Assembly (NCBI GenBank): GCA_015062485.1
Contig: SUUO01000002.1
Span: forward strand, 19,605 to 83,604
Direction: 5' to 3'
Origin: Alphaproteobacteria bacterium
GTDB lineage: Bacteria > Pseudomonadota > Alphaproteobacteria > Rs-D84
Length of the DNA stretch: 64,000 nucleotides
The notes under the pieces are model-generated. The model searched no databases. It was not told where the DNA came from and worked only from the letters and a program-made list of their open reading frames with translations. The position numbers and the translations under genes were made by a program. Below, in pieces: positions 1 through 10,018 of this stretch. How positions within the stretch are numbered: the first letter of the stretch is position 1; every line of letters begins with the position of its first letter.

Positions 1-216
1 CATTTGTACCGGCACGGTAATTTTACCGCCCAATGTGATATCGGCCGCCACGTGTTCAACCAATTCCAAATCCACATTCGTCGCAGACATAATCAAATCA
101 TCTGCAACCTCTAACTTAACATTCATCAAAATCGGCAATGTCGCACGCTTTTCCACGATGGACTGCATATGCCCCAGCGCACGTATCAAAACCTGACGAA
201 ATACTGAAAATTCCAT
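1..216 (-). CDS. dnaN: DNA polymerase III beta sliding clamp, N-terminal fragment (gene runs off the window start)
   Basis: Reverse translation from the ATG at 216-214 gives MEFSVFRQVLIRALGHMQSIVEKRATLPILMNVKLEVADDLIMSATNVDLEL. This matches the conserved DnaN N-terminus. The ORF is open to the window edge, so it is missing from the ORF track. Confidence 0.75.
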   Translation of the reverse strand, partial: MEFSVFRQVLIRALGHMQSIVEKRATLPILMNVKLEVADDLIMSATNVDLELVEHVAADITLGGKITVPVQM

Positions 217-316
217 TACATACTCCTAAGATTTTCTGTGTATCCCACACTCTTTTGAGTCCAGTTTACCAAAAAACCCCGATTCGGTGCAAGGGCAAAA
301 GCACCACAATATCCCA

Positions 317-2395
317 TTACTGATGCAAAACATCAAAAACCAAATCTGCCATTGGCGCATTTATCCAATCTGCATCATCACGATATTCGGGCGCACCACG
401 TTTAAGTGCCGTTTCACACGGTGTTCCATCCGCCAACCAGTTTTCAAGCAAATCCCCCGCCAACCATCCAACACCCGCCCCCGCGACCAGGCCAATACCA
501 CCCGTAAACGGCGCCAACAACAAACCGATACCCGTGGCGGACGCAACCTTGCCGGCAACGGCGGCACCACTGATTGCGATATCAGGCTCCGCCAAATTAC
601 CGGATATTTCTATTGAATTTACCACCTTGCCCGTCAGGGACAACTTAATCCCACGCACCGGCACCGTGGTCAATGCCAATTTTAATTTTTCATCCCCTAA
701 ATCCAAATCCCCCGCCAAGCGCACATTTATCGCATTTGTTTCAACGGCGACCCCTTGTTCTGTATGCACCTGTCCATCACGCAGTTTTACATTCAGCGCA
801 GCACATTTAATTTTTATCTGGTCATATTTTTTTTCTTCATTAAACATATCTTGAATACTGTGACGCAACGATGTCAAAAAGTCTGTTCCATACATATATG
901 CCACCAACGCCGAATGCGCATAGCCCGAACCAACCGAATAGATACGCACCGGCCCGGTAATAGTATTCATTATTTCAGACATATTTTTCCCATTTGCACG
1001 CACATACAATTCCAGGTTTATTGGCAATTCAGAAATTAAATCTGGGGCATCTAATTGATCTAATAAATCACCGACAAAAATACGCTCGCCAATTCCACCA
1101 AATGTAACATCCATATTGCCATCGGACGCGATATCAATATTTGCACCAATACGCAATGTGCCATCTGCTATTTTTGAATTTAAATCAATACGCCCAACAT
1201 TATCCGCGACCTCTACACGCAAGCTCATATCATCAATAGAAAAATCGCGATACACCCCCAAACGCCCCATATCAATTTTTAAGCTAACCTTGCGATTAAC
1301 AAACCATTGACCGAACAAGGGAATATCTTTAAAAACATTTAATTTACGCTTTGGCTTTATCCAATTACGCCCATACAGCCCTGGGAACAAATCTGTTAAA
1401 CTAACATCTTCACCAGATATATTCAAATTTACAACCGGCACCACCCCGCCCCAATTATAATCCCCAGACAAATCTATATTTTTACCATTGATTGCAATTG
1501 ATGATTTACGCAACGTTATTTTTTTTCTGTCAAATCCGCCCGCCATATTAACGATAACATCCGGCCAGTTTTGCAAATTTAAATTAAATAACTTGCCAAA
1601 TTCGTCAACGTCTTGAATTTGCCCTTTGATAATAAAATCTATTGGGGTTTTACTGGTCCCTTCCAGGGCAACATTTGCAATCAACGCATCCCCCCCCATA
1701 GACAGCGCGACCTTCATCGGATATATTTTACGTTCCGCATTATATTCCGCAAAATTGATGATAAACGGGAACACCCTGTCATCAACAGACTTTATCCAGC
1801 CAGCATATTCACGCCCATCTTTATGTTTCATATACCGCAAACTGACCCCGCCAATATCATAGGTTTCATCAAACACGTGCGCGGTTAAATTTTTAATTTC
1901 AATACCACCCAATCCAAATTCACGAAACGGATATTTTGCCGGCACCACATCCGCCCCCGCCACCAAAGATTCCTGGGCGACGGGCTTTTTAGCCGGTAAT
2001 ATAGAATAATCACCATCTGCATTTTTTTCAATGCACGTCACCGCATCATAAATAACAACCTTTTGAATTGTTGGCCTGTCACGGAACAAAGACACCAGAT
2101 TCAATGTCACATCTATCTTTTTGGCTGTAAACGCATCTGCGTGCGTTGCCCAGTCTGAATTTTTAATACGCACATCATTTAGTTCCACCTGGGGACGCAA
2201 AGAAAATTTCCACGCAACGGCACCATCAATCTCTATCGGTAATCCCGTCGCATCACGCAGAACCGACACAACATTTCCACGCAGCGAATCCAAATCTATT
2301 TGCGACAATGCGATAACAACGGCGGCCGCCATCCCCCCCAGGAACAGCCCCAGCACGCGAAATATCTGCAAAAGAATACTGCGTCTTGCAATCAT
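317..2395 (-). CDS. AsmA-family envelope biogenesis protein
   Basis: 692-aa ORF with an N-terminal membrane anchor (LGLFLGGMAAAVVIAL) followed by a long beta-rich periplasmic region. The family call rests on architecture only. Confidence 0.5.
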   Translation of the reverse strand: MIARRSILLQIFRVLGLFLGGMAAAVVIALSQIDLDSLRGNVVSVLRDATGLPIEIDGAVAWKFSLRPQVELNDVRIKNSDWATHADAFTAKKIDVTLNLVSLFRDRPTIQKVVIYDAVTCIEKNADGDYSILPAKKPVAQESLVAGADVVPAKYPFREFGLGGIEIKNLTAHVFDETYDIGGVSLRYMKHKDGREYAGWIKSVDDRVFPFIINFAEYNAERKIYPMKVALSMGGDALIANVALEGTSKTPIDFIIKGQIQDVDEFGKLFNLNLQNWPDVIVNMAGGFDRKKITLRKSSIAINGKNIDLSGDYNWGGVVPVVNLNISGEDVSLTDLFPGLYGRNWIKPKRKLNVFKDIPLFGQWFVNRKVSLKIDMGRLGVYRDFSIDDMSLRVEVADNVGRIDLNSKIADGTLRIGANIDIASDGNMDVTFGGIGERIFVGDLLDQLDAPDLISELPINLELYVRANGKNMSEIMNTITGPVRIYSVGSGYAHSALVAYMYGTDFLTSLRHSIQDMFNEEKKYDQIKIKCAALNVKLRDGQVHTEQGVAVETNAINVRLAGDLDLGDEKLKLALTTVPVRGIKLSLTGKVVNSIEISGNLAEPDIAISGAAVAGKVASATGIGLLLAPFTGGIGLVAGAGVGWLAGDLLENWLADGTPCETALKRGAPEYRDDADWINAPMADLVFDVLHQ

Positions 2396-2413
2396 TTAAT
2401 CTATCACACGCCT

Positions 2414-3382
2414 TTATGGAATCTTTAATTCCAACAATTTTATCACCGGCATCATAAAGTCTGGCACAGACGCCCGCAACGTCATCATTCGTCCCGTTAC
2501 CGGATGTTGAAATGTTAATTTATACGCAAACAAAAACAAGTTATTCGTCACCAATATCGACGCCAGGGCCGGATCAACCAAACAATCACGACCATACAAC
2601 GTATCCCCAACAATCGGCGCCCCAAGTGTTAGTGCACTGTGCAGGCGCAACTGATGCGTCCGACCGGTCTTTGGCGAAAATAAAACCCACGAAATATTTC
2701 CGGCACTGGCCAACACCTGGTAATTTGTAACCGCGCGTTGTGGCCGTTGCCCCGTGCCACTGTTGACACGCTCAGGCGTATCAAAAACCTGGCCCTTTAT
2801 CATATAGTTATCGATTACACCACGACTTGGCTTTACATCACCATTAAGCAATGCCAAATATTCCTTGTGCGCGTCCTTGTTTTGAAATTGCGCGCTTAAA
2901 TGTTGCGCCGCACGTTGATTCTTGGCAACAACCAACAGACCGCTGGTCTCTTTATCCAATCGATGAACCAGTGATATTTTGTCATACGGAAATAATGCCG
3001 CCGCCATTTTATCGATAGATTTTCTGATACCACTGCCACCCTGCACCGCCAATCCCGCGGGCTTGTTAAAGACGACAATATCATCATCATTGTGAATGAT
3101 ACACTGACGCAATTCCTCCAGGTCCGTCAGTGAAAATTTATCCCCCGCCGAAGATTTCTGCAAACGCGTTGCGAATCCCCCGATTGTTGGCGGAATTCGA
3201 ATCGCATCCCCGGCATTTAAAATTTCACGTCCGTGAACACGCTTGGAATTAACACGAATTTGCCCACCACGACACAGTTTATAAAATTCACGCAACGGCA
3301 TAGACGGATAATTACGAACAAACCACCGTTGCAGGCGCGTTCCATCATCTGTCTTGGCAATAGTTACAATTTCTGCGGCCAT
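2414..3382 (-). CDS. RluA-family (RluC/RluD-type) rRNA pseudouridine synthase with N-terminal S4 domain
   Basis: Catalytic motif HRLDKETSGLLVVAK and an S4-like segment (LQRWFVRNYP...GQIRVNSKRV). The start is trimmed to MAAEIV at 3382, because the longer ORF would overlap the pilin gene. Confidence 0.8.
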   Translation of the reverse strand: MAAEIVTIAKTDDGTRLQRWFVRNYPSMPLREFYKLCRGGQIRVNSKRVHGREILNAGDAIRIPPTIGGFATRLQKSSAGDKFSLTDLEELRQCIIHNDDDIVVFNKPAGLAVQGGSGIRKSIDKMAAALFPYDKISLVHRLDKETSGLLVVAKNQRAAQHLSAQFQNKDAHKEYLALLNGDVKPSRGVIDNYMIKGQVFDTPERVNSGTGQRPQRAVTNYQVLASAGNISWVLFSPKTGRTHQLRLHSALTLGAPIVGDTLYGRDCLVDPALASILVTNNLFLFAYKLTFQHPVTGRMMTLRASVPDFMMPVIKLLELKIP

Positions 3383-3411
3383 TATACCCCCGGCATCATC
3401 TAACAAAAATC

Positions 3412-3876
3412 TTATTCGCCATACGTAATCTGAACCGTATTGCGCCCATTTCCGTTTGTGCACGAACCCGATGCACCACTGCTTTTACCGTCTGACATTT
3501 TATATCCAATCGAATCAGACCAAGCCTTGGTTATAAATGTTTCACATTCATTTTTGCTAAGGCCCGTAATAGTTACCACAAACTGACGTGGATTGGATGG
3601 ATCAACGGCAACTTCGTACTTACCACCATATGGATTCGTATCAGACATCCCAATTGCATTAAAGATTGTAGAATTATTTATATTCGAAAAATCATCATAT
3701 TCCCCGTGAATATTGCGCACCTGGGTTACGATTTGCAAAACTTCTTCGTTAACGGTATTACGTTTTTGGGTATTCATTGCCAACTGAATCATTTCGATTG
3801 CCCCAACGGTAATAACACCCATAATTGCCAACACACCCAACATCTCAATCATTGAACGTCCAGATTCTTGTTTCAT
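3412..3876 (-). CDS. Type IV pilin / pseudopilin-like protein (prepilin-type N-terminus)
   Basis: MKQESG|RSMIEMLGVLAIMGVITVGAIEMI has a short basic leader ending in Gly, Glu at +5 and a hydrophobic helix. There is a C-terminal Cys pair. GGAGG lies 8 nt upstream of the ATG at 3876. Confidence 0.65.
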   Translation of the reverse strand: MKQESGRSMIEMLGVLAIMGVITVGAIEMIQLAMNTQKRNTVNEEVLQIVTQVRNIHGEYDDFSNINNSTIFNAIGMSDTNPYGGKYEVAVDPSNPRQFVVTITGLSKNECETFITKAWSDSIGYKMSDGKSSGASGSCTNGNGRNTVQITYGE

Positions 3877-3927
3877 ATGTATTGCCTCCATTTGCTATTT
3901 AGTTTTTATTATTCTATCATAAAGATT

Positions 3928-5355
3928 ATGAATATTCAATTTTCTGATTTAATTGCAAACGCCCCACACGCCCCCGGCGTGTACAAAATGTATGATGCGG
4001 AAAACAATCTGCTCTATGTGGGCAAGGCACGCGATTTATCAAACCGCCTGAACCAATATGTAGATATTTCCAAACTGGAATTACATAAACAGGTTATGCG
4101 CACCCTGGTCACGCGTGTTGAATGGGAAACGGTCGCCACGGAATCAGATGCACTAATACGGGAACAAGAGTTAATAAAAAACCTTAAACCAAAATACAAC
4201 ATAATGCTAACCGACGGGAAAATGTATCCAATGCTGGCATTAACAACCGACGACTTTCCACGTCTATTGAAATTCCGTGGCAAAATATCCCAGCGTCGTG
4301 ACGTATACGGTCCATACCCATCGGTATCTGCACTAAACGAAACAATAAAAACCATTCAAAAGGTGTGTGGCCTGCGCACCTGTACCGACACATTTATGCG
4401 CAACCGCGCGCGCCCGTGCTTACTGCATCAAATCGGACGTTGCAACGCACCCTGCTGTTTCCCTGACAAACAAAAATACGCAGAAAGCGTGCGTATAGCG
4501 CGGAAAATACTAACCGGTGACAGTCGCCCGATTATAAACGATTTAACCGCACAGATGCAGCAACTTTCCGACGCAAACGAATTTGAATCCGCGGCCATAA
4601 TCCGCGACAAAATAATCGCACTGACCCACACATCAAATCGCGGAAAGCGCCAAAACAATGCGTATAGCGCAATTTCAGACTGGGACAAAAACGTATCAGA
4701 CCTGGAACAATGGCTGGGGTTAAAAATTGAACGAGTTGGTGTTTTTGATAACTCGCATTTATTCGGCAAACAGCCGGTCGGTGCAATGATAACATTTGGA
4801 CACGACGGTTTTGACAAAGCGGGCTATCGACACTTTAAATTACAAGACAAATCCCGCGCCGGCAATGATATTGCAATGATGTCTGAATTTGTACGTCGCG
4901 CGGTTGAACGCGGTCCAAAACTGGATTTGATAATTGTCGACGGGGGCCCGGCGCAATGGAACATTGCACAACGCGCATCCAATGGGATTCCGGTCTTTGG
5001 CGTAACCAAGGGCGTTGTACGTGACGGCGACGAACACTTTATTTTACCAGATGGCACTATATTCCGCGACCTGCCCAAGGACAGTCCGCTGTTTTTAATG
5101 TTACGCGCCGTCCGGGACGAGGCACATCGTTTCGTCATCACATACCACCGCACAACACGTGCCAAACAAATGACCGCATCTGTCCTGGACGAAATAGACG
5201 GCATCGGCCCCACGCGCAAGCGTGCATTATTACAACATTTCGGTTCTGTTCGCGCGATTGTGGATGCGGATTTAAATGCGCTTAAACGCGTACCGGGACT
5301 TGGCCAAAGTGCCGCTGAAAAAATATATGCCCATTTCCATTCAGAAGTGATATAA
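3928..5355 (+). CDS. uvrC: Excinuclease ABC subunit C (compact, about 475 aa)
   Basis: GIY-YIG N-terminus (GVYKMYDAENNLLYVGKARDL), UVR motif (FESAAIIRDKIIAL), endonuclease region (VFDNSHLFG) and C-terminal (HhH)2 (GIGPTRKRALLQHFGS...VPGLG). Confidence 0.9.
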   Translation: MNIQFSDLIANAPHAPGVYKMYDAENNLLYVGKARDLSNRLNQYVDISKLELHKQVMRTLVTRVEWETVATESDALIREQELIKNLKPKYNIMLTDGKMYPMLALTTDDFPRLLKFRGKISQRRDVYGPYPSVSALNETIKTIQKVCGLRTCTDTFMRNRARPCLLHQIGRCNAPCCFPDKQKYAESVRIARKILTGDSRPIINDLTAQMQQLSDANEFESAAIIRDKIIALTHTSNRGKRQNNAYSAISDWDKNVSDLEQWLGLKIERVGVFDNSHLFGKQPVGAMITFGHDGFDKAGYRHFKLQDKSRAGNDIAMMSEFVRRAVERGPKLDLIIVDGGPAQWNIAQRASNGIPVFGVTKGVVRDGDEHFILPDGTIFRDLPKDSPLFLMLRAVRDEAHRFVITYHRTTRAKQMTASVLDEIDGIGPTRKRALLQHFGSVRAIVDADLNALKRVPGLGQSAAEKIYAHFHSEVI

Positions 5356-5396
5356 TTACCGTATTCATATATCAATGAATTAAAAAGGAGAACTAT

Positions 5397-6029
5397 ATGA
5401 AAAAATTTGTAAACTTTTTATCTGCGTTTCGAATTGCATCGGCATTTGCGATTATACCGACGTTATTACTGGGCTGGTATTGGACAACATTTATTCTGTA
5501 TGTACTGGCATCATTGTCCGACTTCTTTGACGGATACCTGGCCCGCAAATATAATTGTGTCAGCAAACTGGGTGGCGTAATGGATCACATCGGCGACAAA
5601 TTATTGGTTGCGAACACACTGATTGTGCTGTCGGTTGTATTAATGTTCCTGCTGCCTGCCTTTATTCCAGGCTTTCCATCTTGGACAATTATCGTACCGG
5701 TTATCTTGATGATATCACGTGAATTGTATATTTCTGGTCTGCGCGAATTTCTGGGCACCCAGAAAATTGAAATGCCGGTACCAAAGGCACGCTTTTCAAT
5801 GGGCAAAATCAAAACAACATTGCAAATGGTTGCAACGTGCGCCTTGTTATTGGGGTTATGTATGCCACAATTGGTATTGGTCCCCAGTATGGAAATCTTT
5901 GCAATCTATGCATTCTTTGGCCTGATGTATGGTGGCGTAATTTGTTTATGGTTGGCATTGGTGGCCAGTCTTTGGTCCGCAACTCAGTACACACACACAT
6001 TCTTGGGACACTTGAAAAAAATAAAATAA
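5397..6029 (+). CDS. pgsA: CDP-diacylglycerol--glycerol-3-phosphate 3-phosphatidyltransferase
   Basis: CDP-alcohol phosphatidyltransferase motif DGYLARKYNCVSKLGGVMDHIGDK in a polytopic membrane protein. Confidence 0.8.
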   Translation: MKKFVNFLSAFRIASAFAIIPTLLLGWYWTTFILYVLASLSDFFDGYLARKYNCVSKLGGVMDHIGDKLLVANTLIVLSVVLMFLLPAFIPGFPSWTIIVPVILMISRELYISGLREFLGTQKIEMPVPKARFSMGKIKTTLQMVATCALLLGLCMPQLVLVPSMEIFAIYAFFGLMYGGVICLWLALVASLWSATQYTHTFLGHLKKIK

Positions 6030-6046
6030 AAACACGCTATACGCAT

Positions 6047-6072
6047 AAAAACCGGCATTTGCCGGTTTTTTA
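6047..6072. terminator. Bidirectional intrinsic terminator
   Basis: AAAAACCGGC-ATTT-GCCGGTTTTTT hairpin between convergent pgsA and the 6070-6261 ORF. Confidence 0.7.
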
Positions 6073-6261
6073 TTTTTGCTTTTGCATTTCTTGTTTCAGG
6101 CGACACATTTGCTCAAAGTTTTTATTAGAAACTTTTTGACAGGTCTTAACACACGAAAAAACCGTAGCCGCCATCAACAGCAAACAAATCGCGACAACAA
6201 CATTACTGCGCACCTCTATTTTACGCTGCATTTCGTCCCGCTTGCGTTCCCAATTACTCAT
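6070..6261 (-). CDS. Small membrane protein, hypothetical (C-terminus ...EMQKQK)
   Basis: 63-aa ORF with one TM segment (VVVAICLLLMAATVF). It starts 6 nt after the stop of the upstream ORF on the same strand. Confidence 0.4.
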   Translation of the reverse strand: MSNWERKRDEMQRKIEVRSNVVVAICLLLMAATVFSCVKTCQKVSNKNFEQMCRLKQEMQKQK

Positions 6262-6267
6262 AATATC

Positions 6268-6681
6268 CTACTTTTGTTTTTCAAGATGCATTTGTGTAAT
6301 ATTTTTCATCAAAATTTTATGTTTCAGATCAACCACAACCGTATCACCCGGCGTTACCCGATTTGCCCCACGAAACACAAAAGTTGCCGGTTCGCCATTT
6401 GGACGCATTGCATAAACACGCCTATCATTTTTTGGCTTGTTCCCCAAAATATAAAGCGTATCCCCCGTATTCGTGCGTGCCGGTAATTGGGTATCCACAT
6501 ATGTACCATCGGTTTTAACACCCGGAATCAAATTCGTATCCGCCACAACATCTTGTTTTTTCGTTTCGCGTGCATCACCCAACTTTGAAATCCCCAACGC
6601 CACCCCAGAAAACATCAGTACAAACACCAAAAAACACAGGGTATCTCTGTCAACATTTTCAAAAAATCTTTTGTCTTTCAT
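6268..6681 (-). CDS. Membrane-anchored hypothetical protein (C-terminus ...QMHLEKQK)
   Basis: 137-aa ORF with an N-terminal TM segment (LCFLVFVLMFSGVALGI). Its last 21 nt are 18/21 identical to the 3' end of ORF 25265-25648. Confidence 0.5.
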   Translation of the reverse strand: MKDKRFFENVDRDTLCFLVFVLMFSGVALGISKLGDARETKKQDVVADTNLIPGVKTDGTYVDTQLPARTNTGDTLYILGNKPKNDRRVYAMRPNGEPATFVFRGANRVTPGDTVVVDLKHKILMKNITQMHLEKQK

Positions 6682-6734
6682 ATCTATTCCTTATACCTCT
6701 CGCTTAATATATCAAAACTTGGCGCGACCGCAAC

Positions 6735-6761
6735 AAAAAATCCCGCCACGGCGGGATTTTT
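6735..6761 (-). terminator. Intrinsic terminator downstream of dnaJ
   Basis: AAAAAATCCCGCC-ACG-GCGGGATTTTT hairpin 5 nt after the dnaJ stop. Confidence 0.7.
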
Positions 6762-6765
6762 ATTT

Positions 6766-7887
6766 TCAGAACCAGCCTTTTTTATCAGATTTTGTTCCCG
6801 CAAATTCATTTAATATTTTCTTTTGCTTGTCCGTTAACTTTGTTGGGATATTGATTGCAACATCAATGTACAAATCCCCAAATCCACCGCGACGCGTTGG
6901 CATACCGTGCCCACGCACACGCAGTTTTTCACCGACCTGGGTGCCAGACGGCACCTTGACCGCTAATTTTTTATCATCGATTGTCTCGACATCTATTTCC
7001 CCGCCCAGGGCCAATGTTGTAAACGGCACATCGACACGCATAATTAAATCATTTCCCTGACGCGTAAAACGTTTGTCGGGACGCACACGCACATCCAAAT
7101 AGAAATCACCCGCCGGTGCACCGTTGGCGCCCGCCTCGCCCTGGCCGGCCAGGCGTAGGCGCGTTCCATCTTCTACCCCGGCTGGTATTTTTACATCCAA
7201 CGTGCGCTGCTTATGTACCGTACCCAACCCGTCACAGGCACTGCACTTTTTATCAATTTTATGCCCCAACCCATTACAGTCCGGACACGGACGTTCAACC
7301 GCAAAGAACCCCTGGCGTGTGTGAACCACACCCGCGCCGCCACACGTTGGGCACACGGGCGCCGCCGTGCCATCAGCGGTACCATTGCCGTGGCATTTTT
7401 CACATTCTACATTACTTGAAAATTTTACGGTGTGCGTTGTACCAAAATACGCATCGCGCAAATCAATTACCACCTCGTCCAGTAAATCGCGCCCCGCGCG
7501 CTGGGACGTGCGCGCACCCGCACCACCACCAAAATCACCAAAACCAAACCCACGCATAGCCTCGCGCAGGATGTCTTCCATTCCGGCACCGCCCCCCATA
7601 TTAAAATGGAACGCCCCATCACCAAATGGATTTCCACCAAAGCCCGCACCGGCCCCATTACCACCGGCGAACGCCGCATCACCAAAGCGATCATATGCCG
7701 CACGTTTTTGCGGATCTTTCAAGATATCGAACGCATTGTTGACTTCCTTGAATTTCTCTTCGGCGTCCTTGCTATCAGGATTTCTGTCGGGATGATATTT
7801 CATAACCAACTTGTGATACGCCTTTTTAATGTCGCTTTCCGATGCATCACGTGCCACCCCAAGAACTTCGTATGGATTTTTATTCAT
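6766..7887 (-). CDS. dnaJ: Molecular chaperone DnaJ
   Basis: J domain with HPD ([16 protein letters not shown]), a G/F-rich linker and four CxxCxGxG repeats. Confidence 0.95.
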   Translation of the reverse strand: MNKNPYEVLGVARDASESDIKKAYHKLVMKYHPDRNPDSKDAEEKFKEVNNAFDILKDPQKRAAYDRFGDAAFAGGNGAGAGFGGNPFGDGAFHFNMGGGAGMEDILREAMRGFGFGDFGGGAGARTSQRAGRDLLDEVVIDLRDAYFGTTHTVKFSSNVECEKCHGNGTADGTAAPVCPTCGGAGVVHTRQGFFAVERPCPDCNGLGHKIDKKCSACDGLGTVHKQRTLDVKIPAGVEDGTRLRLAGQGEAGANGAPAGDFYLDVRVRPDKRFTRQGNDLIMRVDVPFTTLALGGEIDVETIDDKKLAVKVPSGTQVGEKLRVRGHGMPTRRGGFGDLYIDVAINIPTKLTDKQKKILNEFAGTKSDKKGWF

Positions 7888-7916
7888 ATTATCTGCCTAT
7901 TATTTCATTACAGATT

Positions 7917-7945
7917 ATATAAGCCCCACCCACCTAAAAATCAAG
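7917..7945 (-). promoter_or_regulatory. Possible sigma-32 type heat-shock promoter for dnaJ
   Basis: The minus strand reads CTTG-N18-CTTATAT, resembling the alphaproteobacterial RpoH consensus CTTG-N17/18-CYTATNT. Confidence 0.35.
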
Positions 7946-8018
7946 TCCCAAATATAAAATGGGTATAAATTCTTTGGGCTTGCCAAAATTTTAAAAATGT
8001 TCTAATAATAATGGCATT

Positions 8019-9998
8019 ATGACAGATAAAAATACACACACATATGACGCATCAGACATCCAGGTATTGGAGGGTCTGGAACCCGTACGCCTGCGCCCGG
8101 GGATGTATATTGGTGGCACCGACGAAAAGGCGTGGCACCACCTGCCGATTGAAATTATGGACAACTCGATTGATGAGGCGGTCGCCGGCTTTGCCAAGAA
8201 AATTACGGTTAACTTAATCGATTCCAAGACGATTGAAATCACCGACGACGGTCGTGGTATCCCGGTTGACGAACATCCCAAATACCCCGGCAAATCGGCA
8301 TTAGAGGTTATCTTAACCACACTGCATTCGGGTGGAAAATTTAATAATAATGTTTACAAGACCAGTGGCGGTCTGCACGGTGTGGGTTCGGCGGTTGTAA
8401 ACGCTTTATCATCTGAAATGGTGGTTGATATTGCACGCGACGGATACAATTGGCACCAGACGTTTTCCCGCGGAATCACAACATCACCGATGACACGTGG
8501 GGACGCAACCAATAAACACGGCACCAAAATCCGCTTTACAATTGATGATGAAATTTTTGGTGCGTCTGCAACATTCAAACCGGTAAAAATTTATCGTATG
8601 GCCCGTGCCAAGGCTTTCCTGTCCCGTGGCGTAAAAATAGACTGGCAATGTAATCCCGAATTATTGACCGAGGATATGGGAATCCCCGCCACAACAACAT
8701 TCTTTTACCCCAATGGTGTTGCGGATTTCTTGGCGGAAAAAACGGATTCAAAACCACGCATTTTACCCCGTATTTTTAGTGGTTCTGTCGATTTCCCGGA
8801 CGATTCGGGTCGCGTTGAATGGGCACTGACATTTTTAACAGATGAAAATGGTGCGGCATCTGACGATGGTTTTTTCTCGTCTTACTGTAACACGATTGCA
8901 ACAATCGATGGTGGCACCCACGAAACCGGCTTTAAATCCGCAATTACCAAGGGGATAAAAGCATACGGGGAAAAGGTTAATAACAAAGCCGCCGCAACCA
9001 TTATCGGCGAAGACGTATTTGATTCGGTTGCCGCAATTGTTTCTGTGTTTTACAAGACACCACAATTTTTGGGCCAGACCAAGGAAAAATTATCCAACCC
9101 AGAGGTTGCACGCTATACCGAAAATGCATTGCGTGATCCGTGGGAAATGTTTTTGGCATCCGACCCAAAGACGGCAAATGCATTACTGGAATTTGTAATA
9201 AATCTGGCCAACGCCCGTATCAAGACCAAGGCGGTCAAAGACGTTGCCCGCAAAACCCCGACAAAACGCATTCGTATGCCGGCGAAATTGGCGGACTGTT
9301 CCAAACACGGCGTCGCCGGCACAGAATTATTTATAGTAGAGGGGGAATCGGCCGGCGGCACCGCCAAGCAGGCACGCGATCGCGCAACCCAGGCTATTAT
9401 GCCCCTGCGCGGCAAGGTTTTAAACGTTATATCAAATTCCGATGAACGATTCGGTAATAACAAAGAATTAAATGATTTAATTGATATCATCGGTGCCGGC
9501 ACCGCCAAAGATTGGAACGAGGATAAATTACGCTATGAAAAAATAATCGTTATGACCGATGCCGACGTCGACGGCAGTCATATTGCATCACTGCTTATGG
9601 CGTTTTTCTATCAGTTTATGCCACAGTTAATCTATGGTGGTCACTTGTATCTATCTTGTCCACCGTTGTATAAACTGACCTGTGGAACCGAATCGGTTTA
9701 CGTTGACACGGATGAAGAACTGGAACAATTAAAGGCAACAAAATATAAAAACAAGAAAATCGAAATCTCTCGATTCAAGGGGTTGGGTGAAATGATGCCG
9801 AACCAGTTAAAGGAAACGACAATGTCACCCAAAACACGTCGCCTTATCCGTGTGGATTTACCGCCACGCACCGAAGACGGCGTCGAAGACACTGAAAAAA
9901 CACGCACAATTGTTTCGGAACTGATGGGTAAAAAGCCTGAATTTAGATTTAAATTCATCACCGAACACGCCCAATTTGTAAAGGATTTGTTCGTGTAA
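8019..9998 (+). CDS. parE: DNA topoisomerase IV subunit B
   Basis: GHKL ATPase N-terminus (LEGLEPVRLRPGMYIGGTDEKAWHHL..DNSIDEA) and Toprim (EGESAGG, DADVDGSHI). At 659 aa it lacks the long GyrB insertion. Confidence 0.8.
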   Translation: MTDKNTHTYDASDIQVLEGLEPVRLRPGMYIGGTDEKAWHHLPIEIMDNSIDEAVAGFAKKITVNLIDSKTIEITDDGRGIPVDEHPKYPGKSALEVILTTLHSGGKFNNNVYKTSGGLHGVGSAVVNALSSEMVVDIARDGYNWHQTFSRGITTSPMTRGDATNKHGTKIRFTIDDEIFGASATFKPVKIYRMARAKAFLSRGVKIDWQCNPELLTEDMGIPATTTFFYPNGVADFLAEKTDSKPRILPRIFSGSVDFPDDSGRVEWALTFLTDENGAASDDGFFSSYCNTIATIDGGTHETGFKSAITKGIKAYGEKVNNKAAATIIGEDVFDSVAAIVSVFYKTPQFLGQTKEKLSNPEVARYTENALRDPWEMFLASDPKTANALLEFVINLANARIKTKAVKDVARKTPTKRIRMPAKLADCSKHGVAGTELFIVEGESAGGTAKQARDRATQAIMPLRGKVLNVISNSDERFGNNKELNDLIDIIGAGTAKDWNEDKLRYEKIIVMTDADVDGSHIASLLMAFFYQFMPQLIYGGHLYLSCPPLYKLTCGTESVYVDTDEELEQLKATKYKNKKIEISRFKGLGEMMPNQLKETTMSPKTRRLIRVDLPPRTEDGVEDTEKTRTIVSELMGKKPEFRFKFITEHAQFVKDLFV

Positions 9999-10018
9999 TC
10001 ACAAAACACAACAGACAT

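Noticed and set aside
8019-9998. Calling this type IIA topoisomerase B subunit gyrB.
   Set aside because: At 659 aa it lacks the roughly 170-aa insertion and extra length of proteobacterial GyrB, and its N-terminal motifs match ParE-type sequences. parE is the better call, though phylogeny would be needed for certainty.
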